A stretch of DNA of 64,000 nucleotides. Source: Octopus vulgaris. Its lineage: Eukaryota. The stretch lies in assembly GCA_951406725.2 (NCBI GenBank), contig OX597826.1:38564001-38628000 (forward strand), read 5' to 3'. Each line of letters begins with the position of its first letter. The first letter of the stretch is position 1. Position numbers and translations under genes: made by a program. Positions 1 through 13,740 of this stretch are shown in pieces. The notes below the pieces were generated by a model. It was not told where the DNA came from and did no database searches. It saw only the letters and a list, made by a program, of their open reading frames with translations.

Positions 1-1541
1 GGGGCACCACTTTGCCGGGTTTTCAGCCAATCAAACCAACTCCAGTCTGGTGCTTATTCCATTAAGTCTGGTTTATGCTATCAACTGCTAAGTTATGGAG
101 ATATAGACAAATCTATACCAGTTCTCAAGAGGTGAGGGACAAATGCAAATACATAAAAATATATCCATACACACATTCACACACAGAGATGCAGAATAGA
201 ATGTGAATGTTAAATGATGAAATGATGATAACATACATATGTATATCACTTTCAAGTTATCTCTACAGATATTCTATAGAATTTAGAGCCAGTACTGAAA
301 GTTATGATGTTTCATATGCAAAGACATGTATGTAAACAATGTGATCGAAGAGACAAAAATTGGTAATGGGTATATATGCGTATTTTAAGAGTTATTGATC
401 CTTCTTTGGTACCGTGTCCACAAACACACTGTTTAAATAGCCACTAAGTTTAGCAGTGTAACATTATTGGATAGACTAATTTAAATATTAGACATATTCC
501 TGGCATGATTTTTACAGCTGGATGACCTTTATAGTGTGGACTGGATGCTTTTTACAAGGTAAATGCACTGGTAGGGTCACCCAGTAATTTGTAAGAGGGG
601 GTGGGGAATTGGAGGAGGTGGCCTTGTGCCAGTTGATGAGAGGTTAGTGTATGACAGAGGGGTAGAAACAGGTATTTTGTTGTAGGGAAGATACATGGTT
701 ACCCAGACAGAAGGAGAGAGCAAGAGAGAAAGAACAATTAAGAATGAGAGAGAGTGCAAGAGAGAGAATGAGCCAGAAATGATGGTGTAGTACCTGCGCA
801 TACTCAACTGAAATAAACATTAACAACTGTGTGACATGAGGGCTAAGGAGAAATGAAAGTGTCACCTCTGGAGTTTGCAAATGCCCACTATACTGATATG
901 TAACTGGACGGAATAAATTTACAATCTATAAATGTCTTTGAATAACTAGTCACTCATGTGGGAAGGCCTTGAAATCAATGTTACCATCTGGAGACTATAT
1001 GTGACCCAGTGATAATAAAAAGACTGAAAGAAGGTCTGCAATCAAATAAATTTACTCAATACTTTGCAACTGAATCAGTGGAGGCAAAGATGCCTCTCAT
1101 TTACTTGACAATTTATGCAGCACAGTGCAGAAATCACAATCTAAGTGTATGTCAAAGCAAACTCTTACACTGTTGTACAATTGAATTACAAATAATACTC
1201 ATCTTTTATGCTCGGGTAACACTACAGCTTCCAAGAGCACAACTGTATTCGTTTTTGCTTAGATAAAATGACAAAATTGTGGGTGTTAAGTCCTCATGGA
1301 GGGGGTCTTTCTAACTTGTAAGAAGATGAAATTTTATAAATATTACTTCATTTGTGTCTAATATCTATGGTTGAAATTTCATCAACAGCAAAAATATATG
1401 AATTGTCATGGGGGTTATGGCCCTTATGCATAGAATATAATTTCCAAATTTCATGAGCCATTCAGTACTTTTGACCTAGTTTTGGATCATAAAAGAAATT
1501 ACTAAAATTTGGGAGTTAAGGCCCCCATTAGGGTATTATAT

Positions 1542-1574
<33 letters not shown>

Positions 1575-1903
1575 GAGAGAGAAAGAAAGAGAGAGAGAGA
1601 GAGAGAGATACACACACACACACACACACACATACAAAGATAAATTGATAGATACAACTTAGTGGGCAAACAAAAATATGGGACACAGCTTAGTGCTTTT
1701 TTTTTATGTTGATAAGCCTGGTACTTATTCTATTAGTTTGTTCTTTTGAAACCAGTAAGTTATGGGGGTGTAAATAAATGAACAGCAGTTGTGAAGCAGT
1801 GATGAGGGCGAAACACAGAGACAAAGACGCACACATACACTTACATATATACATACATATATATATATGATTGATTTGTTTCAGTTCCTGTCTACGCAGT
1901 CCA

Positions 1904-1940
<37 letters not shown>

Positions 1941-2874
1941 GTATGTATATACACACACACAACCTCATACAGCAATTGGTATATCAATATAACTTAATAG
2001 ATATCAACCTTGGTACAATACCACTATGCTACACTTGATGCTAAATTCCTACCTTCCATAGGTAGAATATTAAAAAACAAGAGGCAAGATCATGTGACCA
2101 ATGACAGAGAGTTATTCAGATTGTTAATGCAATACCAATTGATAAGTGTACAAGAATGTTGCAATGGAGTTTGCTGGAACACATCTATAGATGAGATAGA
2201 AGACTTGTTTAATACGTACCTAGTTGAAAATGGCAGAAGAGTAAAAAGAAGACAACAAGAAACACAGGGAATAACAGTTAATGGGAGGTAGATGAAGGAT
2301 GTTGGAATAAATTGTACAAGAACGATGTCACCATCATTAACATCATCATCATCATCTGTTTTTCATGCTGGCATGGGTTAGACAAAATTCATCAAAACCT
2401 TGTGTGTGAATGTGGAAGAAATACACATACAGATATATAAATATACGTATATACTTCAGTAAGTTAACTTGCGATTCCTTAACAACAATGTAACCTTCAT
2501 ATAATTAAGCTATCTTTGGCCTGATAAGTACCTTCTTGAGAAATTATTACATCAGCAGATCTGCTAGCTAGAAACACATGTAGCCTGGATTTTACCAGCT
2601 CCACTCCCTCAATTTAGATTTGGATGCTAAATCATGATGATGACGATTATGATTCATATCAACTCAAGTTGCTGACTGTGAGCTATAAAAAAATGTTTTT
2701 CAGCTTACCAAACTTTGATATGGGAAAGGCCTAGAACCTTCAACACCAATAAATTATTATTGTTCCTAATCATTTATCTTTTACACCTACCATTGACAGC
2801 TTGGAGCTAACAAACTTCCTACACTTAGATCCTTGGATCTTATAATTACATATATATATATATATATATATATA

Positions 2875-3167
2875 TCACTTGACCGACCAAACCATCAGAT
2901 GTTGTTACACATCGCTGGTCACAATGTGTTCGCATTGTTTTAGCCTTCGAATGACGCCACCCCGCTGGCTAAGCGAGCAGGCCAACAGAAGAAAGAGTGG
3001 GAGAAAGAGTGGTGAAAGAGTACAGCAGGGATCACCACACCCTGCGGAACCTCGTGGAGCTTTAGTTGTTTTCGCTCAATAAGCACTCACAACGCCCGGT
3101 CTGGGAATCAAAACCGCGATCCTACAACCGCGAGTCTGCTGCACTAACCACTGGGCCATTGTGCCTC

Positions 3168-3168
<1 letters not shown>
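2875..3168 (-). mobile_element. tRNA-derived SINE, family A
   Basis: Reverse complement of the 61570-61866 element. Confidence 0.8.
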
Positions 3169-3217
<49 letters not shown>

Positions 3218-3234
3218 TAGACATATAAACTTAC

Positions 3235-3434
3235 CCATCTTCATCCCGTTGTTGTCTTGGGCTGTGGAGCTGGTCATTTTGTTGGTTCATCTGTGCAGCC
3301 ATGGCATAATTGTGTGCATAATGGCTGGTGATATTGTTGTATCGCTGTTTCATCTTTAAGTCTTCTAATGTACTCTTGGTAATGTTAATCTCCAGGATGT
3401 ACTGTTTACGTTCATCATTAGCTTTATGATATGC
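3235..3434 (-). CDS. CCDC169: CCDC169-like exon 6 (gene continues; terminal exon not located)
   Basis: ttacag| ... GG|GTAAGT. Translates AYHKANDERKQYILEI..., continuing the family motif QESK|AY.K.N.ER..Y..E. Confidence 0.85.
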
Positions 3435-3539
3435 CTGTAATTTTAAGCGTTAAAAAAAAACTACAGCGTTAATAGCCTAATGGAACATTTTTATCAGTGT
3501 TAAAATTTATTTAATTCTTACTCACAGCACAAACTTAAA

Positions 3540-4330
3540 AATAATAACACTAAGAAATATAGAAATATAAAGACTTCGAAGCAGCAAGAATATGGATAGT
3601 GAAAGTAAAAATAATATCTTTTCAAAAACTAGATTTTGATAGTTTCACTCTCCAATGAACATTAGTAAGTTTTATTTATCAAAGAATAGAATAAAGCTTG
3701 GCATGGAGTGCCAACTAGTTTATGACATCCCACTTTGAAGACTACCTTCATGCAATTCTAGAACAAGGGATTCCCACTAAGTACCTGCAACATAAAAGGT
3801 AGAAAACATCGACAGACCACAAATGTAGGCAGTGTAAAATCAAGACTGAAGACATCAACCATATTATTGCTAAGAGCAAGAAAATGTCTTTCTGATATTA
3901 TTTTCCTACAACGGATAATATGGTGGCTAGAGTAGCCTTGAACAAGATAACAAAAAGGAAAACAGCAACAGACAAAGTTGACTATATTGAGACTGATAGG
4001 TCAAAAGAATATTGGTTAAACATAATAAATTAAAACAGCCACACAAGAAAAAGATATGCTTTGTTGTGGAAATCAGCTGCCCTCTGGACAGCAATGAGAT
4101 TAGGAAAATACAGGAGAAAGAGTACACCAAGAGACCATTGATAAGGAGTTTGCAAATCCAGTACCCAAAATACACTTTCAGTTTCATACTTATTATTACT
4201 GGAGAGCAGAATACATACCAATCCATCTGAAACAAAATATGGCTGAACTTGGGCTCTTCAGGAGAGAACATAACGCAACGAATGATCAAGATATCTGGGA
4301 CTACAAAAAATCTGCAAGACCATCTTAAGA
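3540..4330 (+). mobile_element. old RLE-type (R4-like) non-LTR remnant
   Basis: CRQCKIKTEDINHII zinc-knuckle remnant and CFVVEISCPLDSN...EK RLE-like motif, with many stops. Confidence 0.55.
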
Positions 4331-4719
4331 TTTAAAAGATGATGAACATAACAAGATGCTTTCCTTCTCAAACCTTGCTATAAACAAGTGGTTAGTCACA
4401 CTAAATTAAAAAGAGAAAGAAAAAAACATATATGCATGCATACAAACATATATTCATTCATTCATTCATACATACATACATGCATGCATGCATGCATGCA
4501 TGCATACATACATACATACATACATACATACATACATACATACATACATACATACATACAAACACACACACATACATACATGCATACATATATACATTTA
4601 TTCATACCTACCCACCTACAATAGAGTCAATGATAAGAAATAAGGTGTGCAGATAGCCTCTTACAGCTGTTTCAAAAATAGATGCATATATGGTGCATTT
4701 CCCTGCAAACAAGGATAAG

Positions 4720-5300
4720 CCAGTAGCAGGGGTGGATGCTCTGAAAGTGTAGCTGCTAGAATAAGAATAGCCTGGGCAAAGTTCAGAGAGCTCCTACCTC
4801 TGCTAGCGACAAAGGCCTCTCACTCAGAGTAAAAAGTAGACTGTATGATGCATGTGTATGAACAGCCATGCTACATGGCAGTGAAACATGTTCCATGACT
4901 GCTGTGGGCACATGTAAGCTTGCAAGGAATGAAGCTAGTATGCTCCGCTGAATATGTAATGTCAGTGTGCATACTCGTCAGAGTTTAAGCACCCTGAGAG
5001 AAAAGTTGGATTATGAAGCATCAGATGTGGTGTGCAAGAGAGATGACTGTGCTGGTATGGCCATGTGTTGTGAATGAAGGAGGACAGATGTGTAAAAAAG
5101 TGTCATACCCTAGGTAAACCCAGGAAGACCTGGGATGAGGTGGTGAAGCGTGACCATTGAACATTGGGCCTTACCAAGACAGTGACTAGTGACCGAGACC
5201 TTTGGAGATATGCTGTACTTGAGAAAACCTGTGGCCTATGTCAGTGGGTATAACCAGCCCACTTATGAGTACCCCTCATTCATTGGACAATAAACTTTGC
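4720..5300 (+). mobile_element. RTE-clade LINE 3' fragment
   Basis: RIRIAWAKFRELLPLL, MLHGSET, WYGHV, KPRKTWDEVVK. Confidence 0.75.
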
Positions 5301-5687
5301 TTGCGAATACTGATATTTATTCCAGTTCTTTATGTGCTGAGTTCAACTCCCACCATGGTCAACTTTGCTTTCATCCTCCGAGGCTTGATACAATAAAATA
5401 CCAGACTAGTACTGAGTTCATTTAATTAACTGACACCCTCCCCAACATTTCTGGATGTGTGCCTACATTAGAAGCAGTAATTGCTAGCAACCAGAAACGC
5501 AACAAACACCAATGTGACAACAACTAAAATAACCCCCACCACAACCACAGCAATAACAACATCAATACATCACAACAATTGCCACAACTTCAATTTACAC
5601 AATGATTATCACTACTGCCATCACAACAATCACTATTATCAATATAATAAAACAAGCACTGACACTACAACCACACCAATAACTTAC

Positions 5688-5783
5688 TTTTGATTCCTGG
5701 TCCAGTCTCCATTCCAAGTCTCTCAGCTGATTTGCTAGACTGTTCTTCTCTTTCTCCAGGATTTTAACATATTGAGGAGTAAT
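5688..5783 (-). CDS. CCDC169: CCDC169-like exon 5
   Basis: ttgctag| ... AAA|GTAAGT. Translates ITPQYVKILEKEKNSLANQLRDLEWRLDQESK (family motif LE.EK..L..Q......L.QESK). Confidence 0.88.
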
Positions 5784-6442
5784 CTAGCAAAGATAAGATA
5801 AGGAATAATCTAGAAAAAATTATGGTGTGAAGGTAAGACAAACAGTAATCTAGCAAAGATAAAATGAACAATAATCTAGTAGTGATAAAATAAACAGTAA
5901 TTTACTGTTGTGTCTGGGGAGAGTCATTCTCTTTTAGTGCCTTATTATTTAACACACTATTTAACAAGACTATTGAAAAGGTTGCAAGACGCAACGAAAA
6001 TTTTAGAAAATAAAAATAAGAAATAAGAGGAAATTTTACCGGTGAGTGTGTTAAATAATAAGGCACTAAAAGAGAATGACTCTCCCCAGACACAACAGTA
6101 TATGCTTCAACACACGAACTCATATAAAGAATCTTGCAAACCAAATCCAAAAACGAAACAGTAATTTATTAATGATAAAATGAACAGTAATCTAGTAAAT
6201 ATGAGGTGAGGAAAAATGAGGAATAATTTAGCAAAGATGAGTTGGACAGTAATCAAGCAAACATGAAGTGAGGAATAATCTAGCAGAGATAACATGAATA
6301 GTAATCTATCAAAGGTTGAGTGAAAAGTAATCTAGCAAGATTAAGGCGAGGAGTAATCTAACAAGGATGAGTTAGGATTGATCTAATAAAGAAGACATGA
6401 GGATTAATCCAGCAAAGAGAATATAAGGAATAATTTGGCAAG
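5774..6442. repeat. ~26-bp minisatellite containing the CCDC169 exon-5 splice acceptor
   Basis: The unit core (g)agtaatctagcaaagat is repeated more than 10 times and interrupted by an insertion at about 5903-6158. Confidence 0.8.
5903..6100. repeat. perfect 56-bp inverted repeat with 86-bp spacer
   Basis: 5903-5958 is the exact reverse complement of 6045-6100. Related sequence occurs at about 61373-61450. Confidence 0.9.
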
Positions 6443-7620
6443 AAGTATGTGCATATATGTGTTTGTGAGTCTGTTTTAAGGTGTGCTTGAAATAACTTGT
6501 GTGTGTCTGTATGATTCTGTGTATGTAGGTATTTGTGTGTGCAATATGTGTCCAGTGTTTCAACTACACAGAATGCTCTTTAGAATTAGCTAGTAGACTC
6601 CATTATCTAGGTGACTAAATATTAAGGTTGAGGTTGATATTGCAAAAGCATAAAACCAGATTTAGTATGGAGTAGAGGAGCTCTTACTGTTGCTAGTATC
6701 AATAAGACTTTCTCTCTGAGTGAAGAATAGATTATCTGATGCATGTATACGAAGTACAATATTGCACAGTAATAAACCATGGGGTTAAACACATTGGGTA
6801 CATCAAGGATGGTAACAATGAGACTACTGTAATGGATTTGTAATATGACAACCTATGGACAACTTTCAGATATCCCTGGCCTGGCAGTGCTATCGAGAAG
6901 TGCTACCCATTCGGGATAAGCTCTACAGGCATGGCTCATGAAATACGGGGCTGACCTGCCCAAGATGCAGTCAGAGCGACAAAACCATTCTGCATGCACT
7001 CGTACAGTGTCCAACCATTTCTGACCTGTGGGCCTATGTTGAATAACTGCTATCTCTTGGGAATTGTAACATTTTGTTTATATATTTTTGTCCTTTGTTT
7101 TTGTTTTGCGAAGGAACCTAACTTCAAGCAACTTTTTATAGATCAATTTTTAGACACTATTTTCTAAACCTGGCAAAGTATGTAAGGAATGCAAATTTTG
7201 ATTTTGCACTCACTAAAAGTTGTTCCTTGTTCCTGGGCCCTTGTCCATAGGTATATGTACCCTTAACATAATTTTCAGACCAAATCAACATGATGACAAG
7301 AACAGCTTTTTGGTGTAGTCCAGAGAGATGAAGTAAAGAGAAAGAGAGGAGAGAAAGAAAGAGAGAAGAATCAACCCCAGTACTGGGCTGGTACTTTATT
7401 GAATCTTAAAGAATGAATGACAAAGTTCACCTTGGTGACATGAGCTAAAAGCACAAAAGCTGGAACAATTTTATCTGTTACTTTAATCACTCAGCCAGTT
7501 TGCTGCCTTGCTCTGTCACCATTGCTACTGCTGTTACTGCTACCACCACCACCACCACCACTATTATTACTACAACAACTACTACTATATTCATAGCTAT
7601 ATAATACAGATTATACCCAC

Positions 7621-7667
7621 TTCTGTGTTGTCTTGGGTACTGTTGTTATCTTTGGGCTTCTTCATGG
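7621..7667 (-). CDS. CCDC169: CCDC169-like exon 4 (47-nt micro-exon)
   Basis: tttcttttctcag| ... GAA|GTGGGT. Translates AMKKPKDNNSTQDNTE and supplies exactly the phase 1 to 0 bridge needed between exons 3 and 5. Confidence 0.7.
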
Positions 7668-8803
7668 CTGAGAAAAGAAAATGAATCATTTTAAAATATA
7701 GAAATAAATAAGATACATGCAAATGTACACACAAATACATACATACTTGCACACATAAACATAACAAGCAAACACAATATACAAATATACATTCACATAC
7801 ATGCACACACACACACCAGCATGCATACATACACATGGTATCAAAGTCAGAAACATCAGCTCAAGAGGCTTATTTATCTTTTGTGCAATGAATATTACCC
7901 TCAAAATTTTTCCATTCATAAAAACTTGGTAATGAAAATTGGTTATCTCCTTAGGATAAATGCAAGGAAGCATCTATAGTAGAAAGGCACGTTTCTTTCC
8001 TGCCAAGCTTACTTTTTAAACCATGTTTGTGTTCTCCCAGTCAACAGCCTTATTATTACTGGTACTTTAAACTCTTTGGTTGCATATTTGTGTGAATAAA
8101 ATCATTTTTCTTTGGAATAGAAAAAAAGTCTATCTTTATTTCTTCTTTTGCTGGTGTCTCAAATTTAAGTTAAATCAGTGTTTCTCAAAGGGGAGGCCTA
8201 TGGGATTGTCAGACAAGTTGTTTTGAGAAAATTTGGTTTAAGAGTTTTACAACTGAGTACCGTCCATTGGACGGGGGTTGTTTTGCTCGTATATATATAT
8301 ATATATATATATTAAATATGACACATAATGATGTGATTGCTACTCATCTATAGTTTTCCTGAATTGTATCAATTACCAAACCAATAGAAATAATTTTTCT
8401 ATAATCATTGAATAATCATTTTTATGATCTAACTTATCCTTCATTTCTTTTATTATATAATTTTTTCCTTTGCATATTTAAGTATTATTCTTTTCTTTCT
8501 ATTTAAATTTTATATTATATGTATTTTACATACATTTATATTTTTCTTTAATTTCTATTTATTGATTTTTTAAATTTTCATCCTTCTTATCTGCTTTCTT
8601 TACCCTTATTTTTTTAGGCTGGTTTTATTTATTTTTTGTTTATATTTATTTATTTTATTTACTATATGGCATCTTCACTAATATCTATAACTCACCAGCT
8701 ACATACATTTACATTATATATATAGGTTCTAACTTCTTAAACTTATTAATATTTTGTATGCATTCTTTCAAAAAATATGTTAACCTTTGTTCTATAAGCT
8801 CAT

Positions 8804-8923
8804 AAAATCCCTGATGAAGTTCTGCCCTATATAGTTAAAAATGATACCATTCTTAGCCTATAACTAAATGCTTAGAATTACATGTCAACTAGGGGCTAGA
8901 ACCAAAACATATATGTAGGTTTT
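8804..8923 (+). ncRNA. degenerate hammerhead ribozyme (PLE terminal-repeat type)
   Basis: AAAATCC-CTGATGA(8811-17)-AGTTCT...AGAAC-C-AAAAC (GAAA mutated)-ATATAT-GTA(8915-17)-GGTTTT. Stems I and II and a palindromic stem III are recognisable. Confidence 0.55.
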
Positions 8924-9464
8924 TTCTCATCTCCCATTTCTTTTTGAGCTTTACAATTTATAATTTATTTGTATTACTATTTAAAAAAATTTCAACATCC
9001 TTATATTATACAAATAAATTATCCATACATCGATCTTTTGCCACTTTCTTTCTTTCAATATATGTGTACACACACACACACACATACATATGCTTATATA
9101 TATATGCATATACACACATATGTCATCCAGCCATAGAACACATATCCCATCAAATGCCGTCTCATCCAGGCAAGCATGGACAAGTAGAAGTAACAGAGTA
9201 AAAAAAAAAGTGTGTGTCTATACTATCAACCTTGAAAGGATGACAGGCAAAGTCAACCTCAGTGGAATTAGAACTCAGAATGTAAAGACAAACGAAATAC
9301 TGCTTAGCATTTCACCCAATGTGCTACCATTTCTGCCAGCTGACCACTTTATATACTTCTCATATTATTTACCTAATTAAGCTATCTACCAAAAACAATT
9401 AGCAGTTTAAGTTTTCTCATCCTGTAGTATTTATCTCACATATAGAGCCATAGTCTTACAGTAC

Positions 9465-9578
9465 CTTCTTTCAAGTTACTCCTTGCTTCATCCACTTTCT
9501 TGGTGAGTACAAGATCTTGTTGCTGTAGCTGTTTGTTGATTTCTTCCTGTGTCTCAAAACGTGTCCGCCATTCATTTC
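9465..9578 (-). CDS. CCDC169: CCDC169-like exon 3
   Basis: gtttaag| ... G|GTACTG. Translates GNEWRTRFETQEEINKQLQQQDLVLTKKVDEARSNLKE, carrying the family hallmark EW(K/R)TR(Y/F)ETQ.E.N. Confidence 0.88.
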
Positions 9579-9751
9579 CTTAAACACGACAAATTAAACA
9601 ACACTATTTAAGACATTTAGAATAGAACAGGCATGACTACTTTGTCAGTGTATGCCAAAAGACTCAAATACATTTGTATTAGCATATATCACAGCTGGTG
9701 ATGGAATTTTTGATTTATGTTGCACTAGAATTTCAAGTAGTTAAATAACAT

Positions 9752-10654
9752 TATAGGTGGTATCAAAAAGTTCCTGGACTATTTCTGAAGTGTGCCAACA
9801 GATGACAGTATTTGGTTGCATGTGCAGAGAGAGCTAGCAGTGACCTTCATGGGGCAATGTACTGAGTGATGTCGCTGTATTTACTTTGCAAGCTGTGAAA
9901 TTTTTGTTTTTGTGATCACATGTATGCTGTAATTTTCAATTTTTGTTATGGACAGGAAGTTGGAGTAAAAAGCCAATGTGAAATTTTACCTGAAACTTAG
10001 GAAGTCTGCTACAAAGACATTGAGCATGCTTTGGCAAGCTTACAACAATGAAGCAATGGGTTGTTAGCAATGTTTTGAGTGTGGCATGGGCACTTCAAAA
10101 TTGGAAGGACGTCTCTGGAAGACTATAAGCAATCTGGAAGACCTACCATGAGCGTCACCCCAAGAAATGTGGAGAAAATTCATCAGCTTGTGCACAAGGA
10201 TCATCAGAAGACAATCAAGGGTGTTTTGAAGTGTTTGAGGAAGGGCATTTAGTGAAATCAACTGGATCTGGGAGCATGAAGAATTGGATTCTTCAAGATG
10301 ACAATGCACCCTGTCATCAAGCTCTCTTCACTTGTGGAACATGGTATTGCTTCTACGCTTATCTCATTCACCAGATTTAGCACCTGCAGACTTCCATCTC
10401 TTCCACAAAATGAAGATGCAGTTCAAAGCTTGCCATTTTAACACTGTTTTTGAAATCCAGAGTGAATCGCAGAAATTCCTTGACTTGCTTATGGAAAATG
10501 TGTTCCAGGCCAGATCCCAAAAGTGGCAGGAACACTGGGACCAGTATATTGCTGCACAAGATGTCAATTTCAAAGGAGATGATGTAAAACTTAGGCAAAT
10601 AAGTCATGTTTTATTAAACATAACTAGTCCAGGAACCTTTTGATATCACCTCGT
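9752..10654 (+). mobile_element. internally deleted mariner transposon with TIRs
   Basis: TIRs aggtggtatcaaaaagttcctggacta (9755-9781) and tagtccaggaaccttttgatatcacct (10625-10651). Transposase motifs DNAP.H and HSPDLAPADFHLF. Confidence 0.85.
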
Positions 10655-12356
10655 CTTCTCCCAATGATAGCAAAGAACAGATTATGATTAGATAATGCAC
10701 ATTAATAGGTATCGCTATAAAATGCCATACAAGTGAGACAAGCACAGTTTGAATATGCAAAAACACACTTTTTGCTTCATGTTTTTCATGTCAAAATAAA
10801 TATCTTCTGAGGAAAATTATATATCATTTGAAAGGCGAAAAATGTACAAAGTTAGTAAAGAGGGTGGTACACTCACCTTACTTGCCAAACTGATGTATTT
10901 TCATGTGGCAAGAGGTCAAATGGAACACAAATCCAAGACTTCAAATCTTGAGTTTGAGCCAGAATTTCAAGAAATGGATGAACTAATTATTAAGTACACA
11001 TATATTTCTACCAAAAATGCTCTAAATTGAGTATAATAATTCTTCTAGAGCCCAAACTTAGAACGAAATCGTTGTATTGAGAATGCTGTTTATTCTCTCT
11101 CACTGTTTTAATGATATGGAAAGCTGCTAGACAAAACTAGCGGATATTCTTGTACATGAAAATTTCACTTTTCCTTGTGAATTATTGGCCAAAATTTTGC
11201 CAATAAAAATTGTATTGGCTGTCATTGTCGTCATCATCATTATCATCATCATCAGTATTTAGCGTCCATTGCCCATGGGTTGGACAGTTTGACCAGGGCT
11301 GGCTAGCTGAGGGGCTGCACAAAACTCCAGTCTGATTTGGCATGATTTCTAAGGCTGGATGCTTTTCCTAACATCACCCACTCTGACAATGAAATGGGTA
11401 CTTTTATGTACCATTAGCATGGATGCTTTAACATGCCACTGGCATGGGAGCCAGTTGTGTGATACCAGTAACTGCCATGACTACAATTTAACTTAGCTTG
11501 ATGTGTCTTCTTCTCAAGCACAGCATATTGCCAAAGTATGGATGTGGTCAACTTTTTTTGATTGAAATTCTAGATGTTTTCGAAAGAGTTATTTTTCAGT
11601 TCACTATACATGCACACAGAACTCCAACACCTTCAATCCCTTCTTTGCCGTTTTCTTGCTTTTTTTCCCCCCCAATGTTTGCAACCTGCAAAAAAGCTTT
11701 CTCACTTACTTTTTAAAAAAACGCGCCACTCTAGCCATCTCTCCTTTCTTAGCCGTTGCCTCCGCCATCACGTCACACCACGTGGCTTCCTCTTGAAGTT
11801 CCATGCCACCCCCATTCAAAATGTGACTGTGTGTGTATCGTTGGCGATTTTTTTCCTCTGTCTTCCCTTCTCTGGATCTTTCCTTCTCCTATGTTTCCGA
11901 CGAAGAGCTCCGCTCGAAACATTAAACCCTCCTTCTTTCCTTCTTTCCTGAGCGTCCAATAATACTATATTTGTTCCACGTCCTCACGTTGTTCTGTTTT
12001 TTTGTGCTTTCATGTTTGGATTAACTATATATATATATATTTATACATACACACACACACATACACAGACATGTACTTTACATTTGAGGTGTTGACAGAA
12101 TGAAGTTTAAAGATGGAAACTTGCTTGTTCTTACATTTACTCCTATACAGACACATGCATATTTAAATACATGCATCCATGAGGTTGTATCTTAAAATTA
12201 TATATAGAAATGTGTGTATACTCACATACACACTTTCAGAATTGAGTTTATGCATTCCAAGTGATTTATGAATTCCATTCTTTAAGCTCCATGAAAGAAA
12301 TAAACAAAATATCAAAAGAGATAAAAGGAAACAAGTAATAACAAGTAATTGCATAC

Positions 12357-12439
12357 CTTCATCTTGTATAGTTTCTGAACGCTGTTCAAGTTCTTTGACA
12401 GTAGTAATTAATTCTTGCAGAGAATTATCCAACATGTCC
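12357..12439 (-). CDS. CCDC169: CCDC169-like exon 2
   Basis: tttgacag| ... G|GTATGC. Translates (K)DMLDNSLQELITTVKELEQRSETIQDE(G), comparable to CCDC169 [28 protein letters not shown] (recalled). Confidence 0.85.
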
Positions 12440-13740
12440 CTGTCAAACATATTATTGAGATTCTTTAATTTTGAATTATTTCCTTGACACAAGTCATGAA
12501 GGGTTATAGAAAGAGTGAAGATGAAGAGATTAGTCAATTGAACAACTTCAGCTGGGTTGAAAGTAACCCAATGAATTAAAACTGGTAGGCAGAACTGTGT
12601 AAAATCCTATTAGAGGAATCTTTGTTATTCTTGGCTCAATATGTCATATAGTTTGACACCACCACTTTGACCTTTAATGGTGTCCATATCTTTTGTGAGT
12701 ACTCAAGTCGGCTTCCTCCCTTGTTTTCATCTGCCACAAAAGTCCTGGAAAGGTCTTTGGACTATGAACACTACTATTCCTCCTTTGTCTAAACTATTAA
12801 AAGGAAAAAAAATCACTGATACCTATTATATAATTGACACTTGACCTCTTGAGGAATGCAAAATAAATAGGTTTTTTTTTATAGGTCAAGCAATAATGCA
12901 GAGACTACTTCTGGCTAATGGATGTTTATAATACTTCTTTTTACCAACCACTGAGGGATAATGTGGATTTCATCCTAGCAGAATTTGAACTCAGAATAAG
13001 AGGTACGAGAAGAGAAAGTTCCCCCAAAACTCTAGTAATTAGTACTATTCCAACAACCTGGGTGCATGTTCAGATATGTATCAACATGCTCACTTTACAG
13101 ATTATGTCTAATGCAGATACTTGTGTATAAAGCCACAGAAAACAGTAGATGGTACTGAATGGCCTATATAAGAGAATCCATTTCAATTGAGTATATACAC
13201 CACATGCCTTCTTTTATGTCTGGAAATAGCATTAATCCAATATTTTTATTACACACTTGATAATGTGAAAGTAGATAAACCCACAATAACAGATAAATAA
13301 AAAGGATTATTATAGAAAAAGCCATATCATAGTATCTGTGCATCCTGGAGAAGTTTAACATCTTAATAGCAACAGATAACATTCTGAGGAAAAAATCTGA
13401 GGCTACCTGCCCTTATTGAAAAAATACCTCTTTAGAGTATTTCTAACTCATACAGGTTTAGATAACATTCAATCAAAAGTAACATTTGCTATATTGGCCA
13501 CAAGCATCAACTGCATAAACCCTCAAAGTAATTCTCTTTGGAGTAAAAGAAAAATATAGTTTCCCTCTGTAACATAAATCTGAATAAACAGGCATCACAC
13601 CATATGGCCTAGTATAGAAAATGAAAACAATGTATGGACCAACATGTAGTGATTTTTATTACAATCCAATCTGCCATTCAGTTTCCTTATCACCTGTAAA
13701 ACCATATTGAATGAGAAATTCAGAATTGTGGTGAAGTGAA

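Noticed and set aside
1-3230. Terminal CCDC169 exon
   Set aside because: No phase-2 acceptor here gave a peptide resembling the family C-terminus. It probably lies left of the window.
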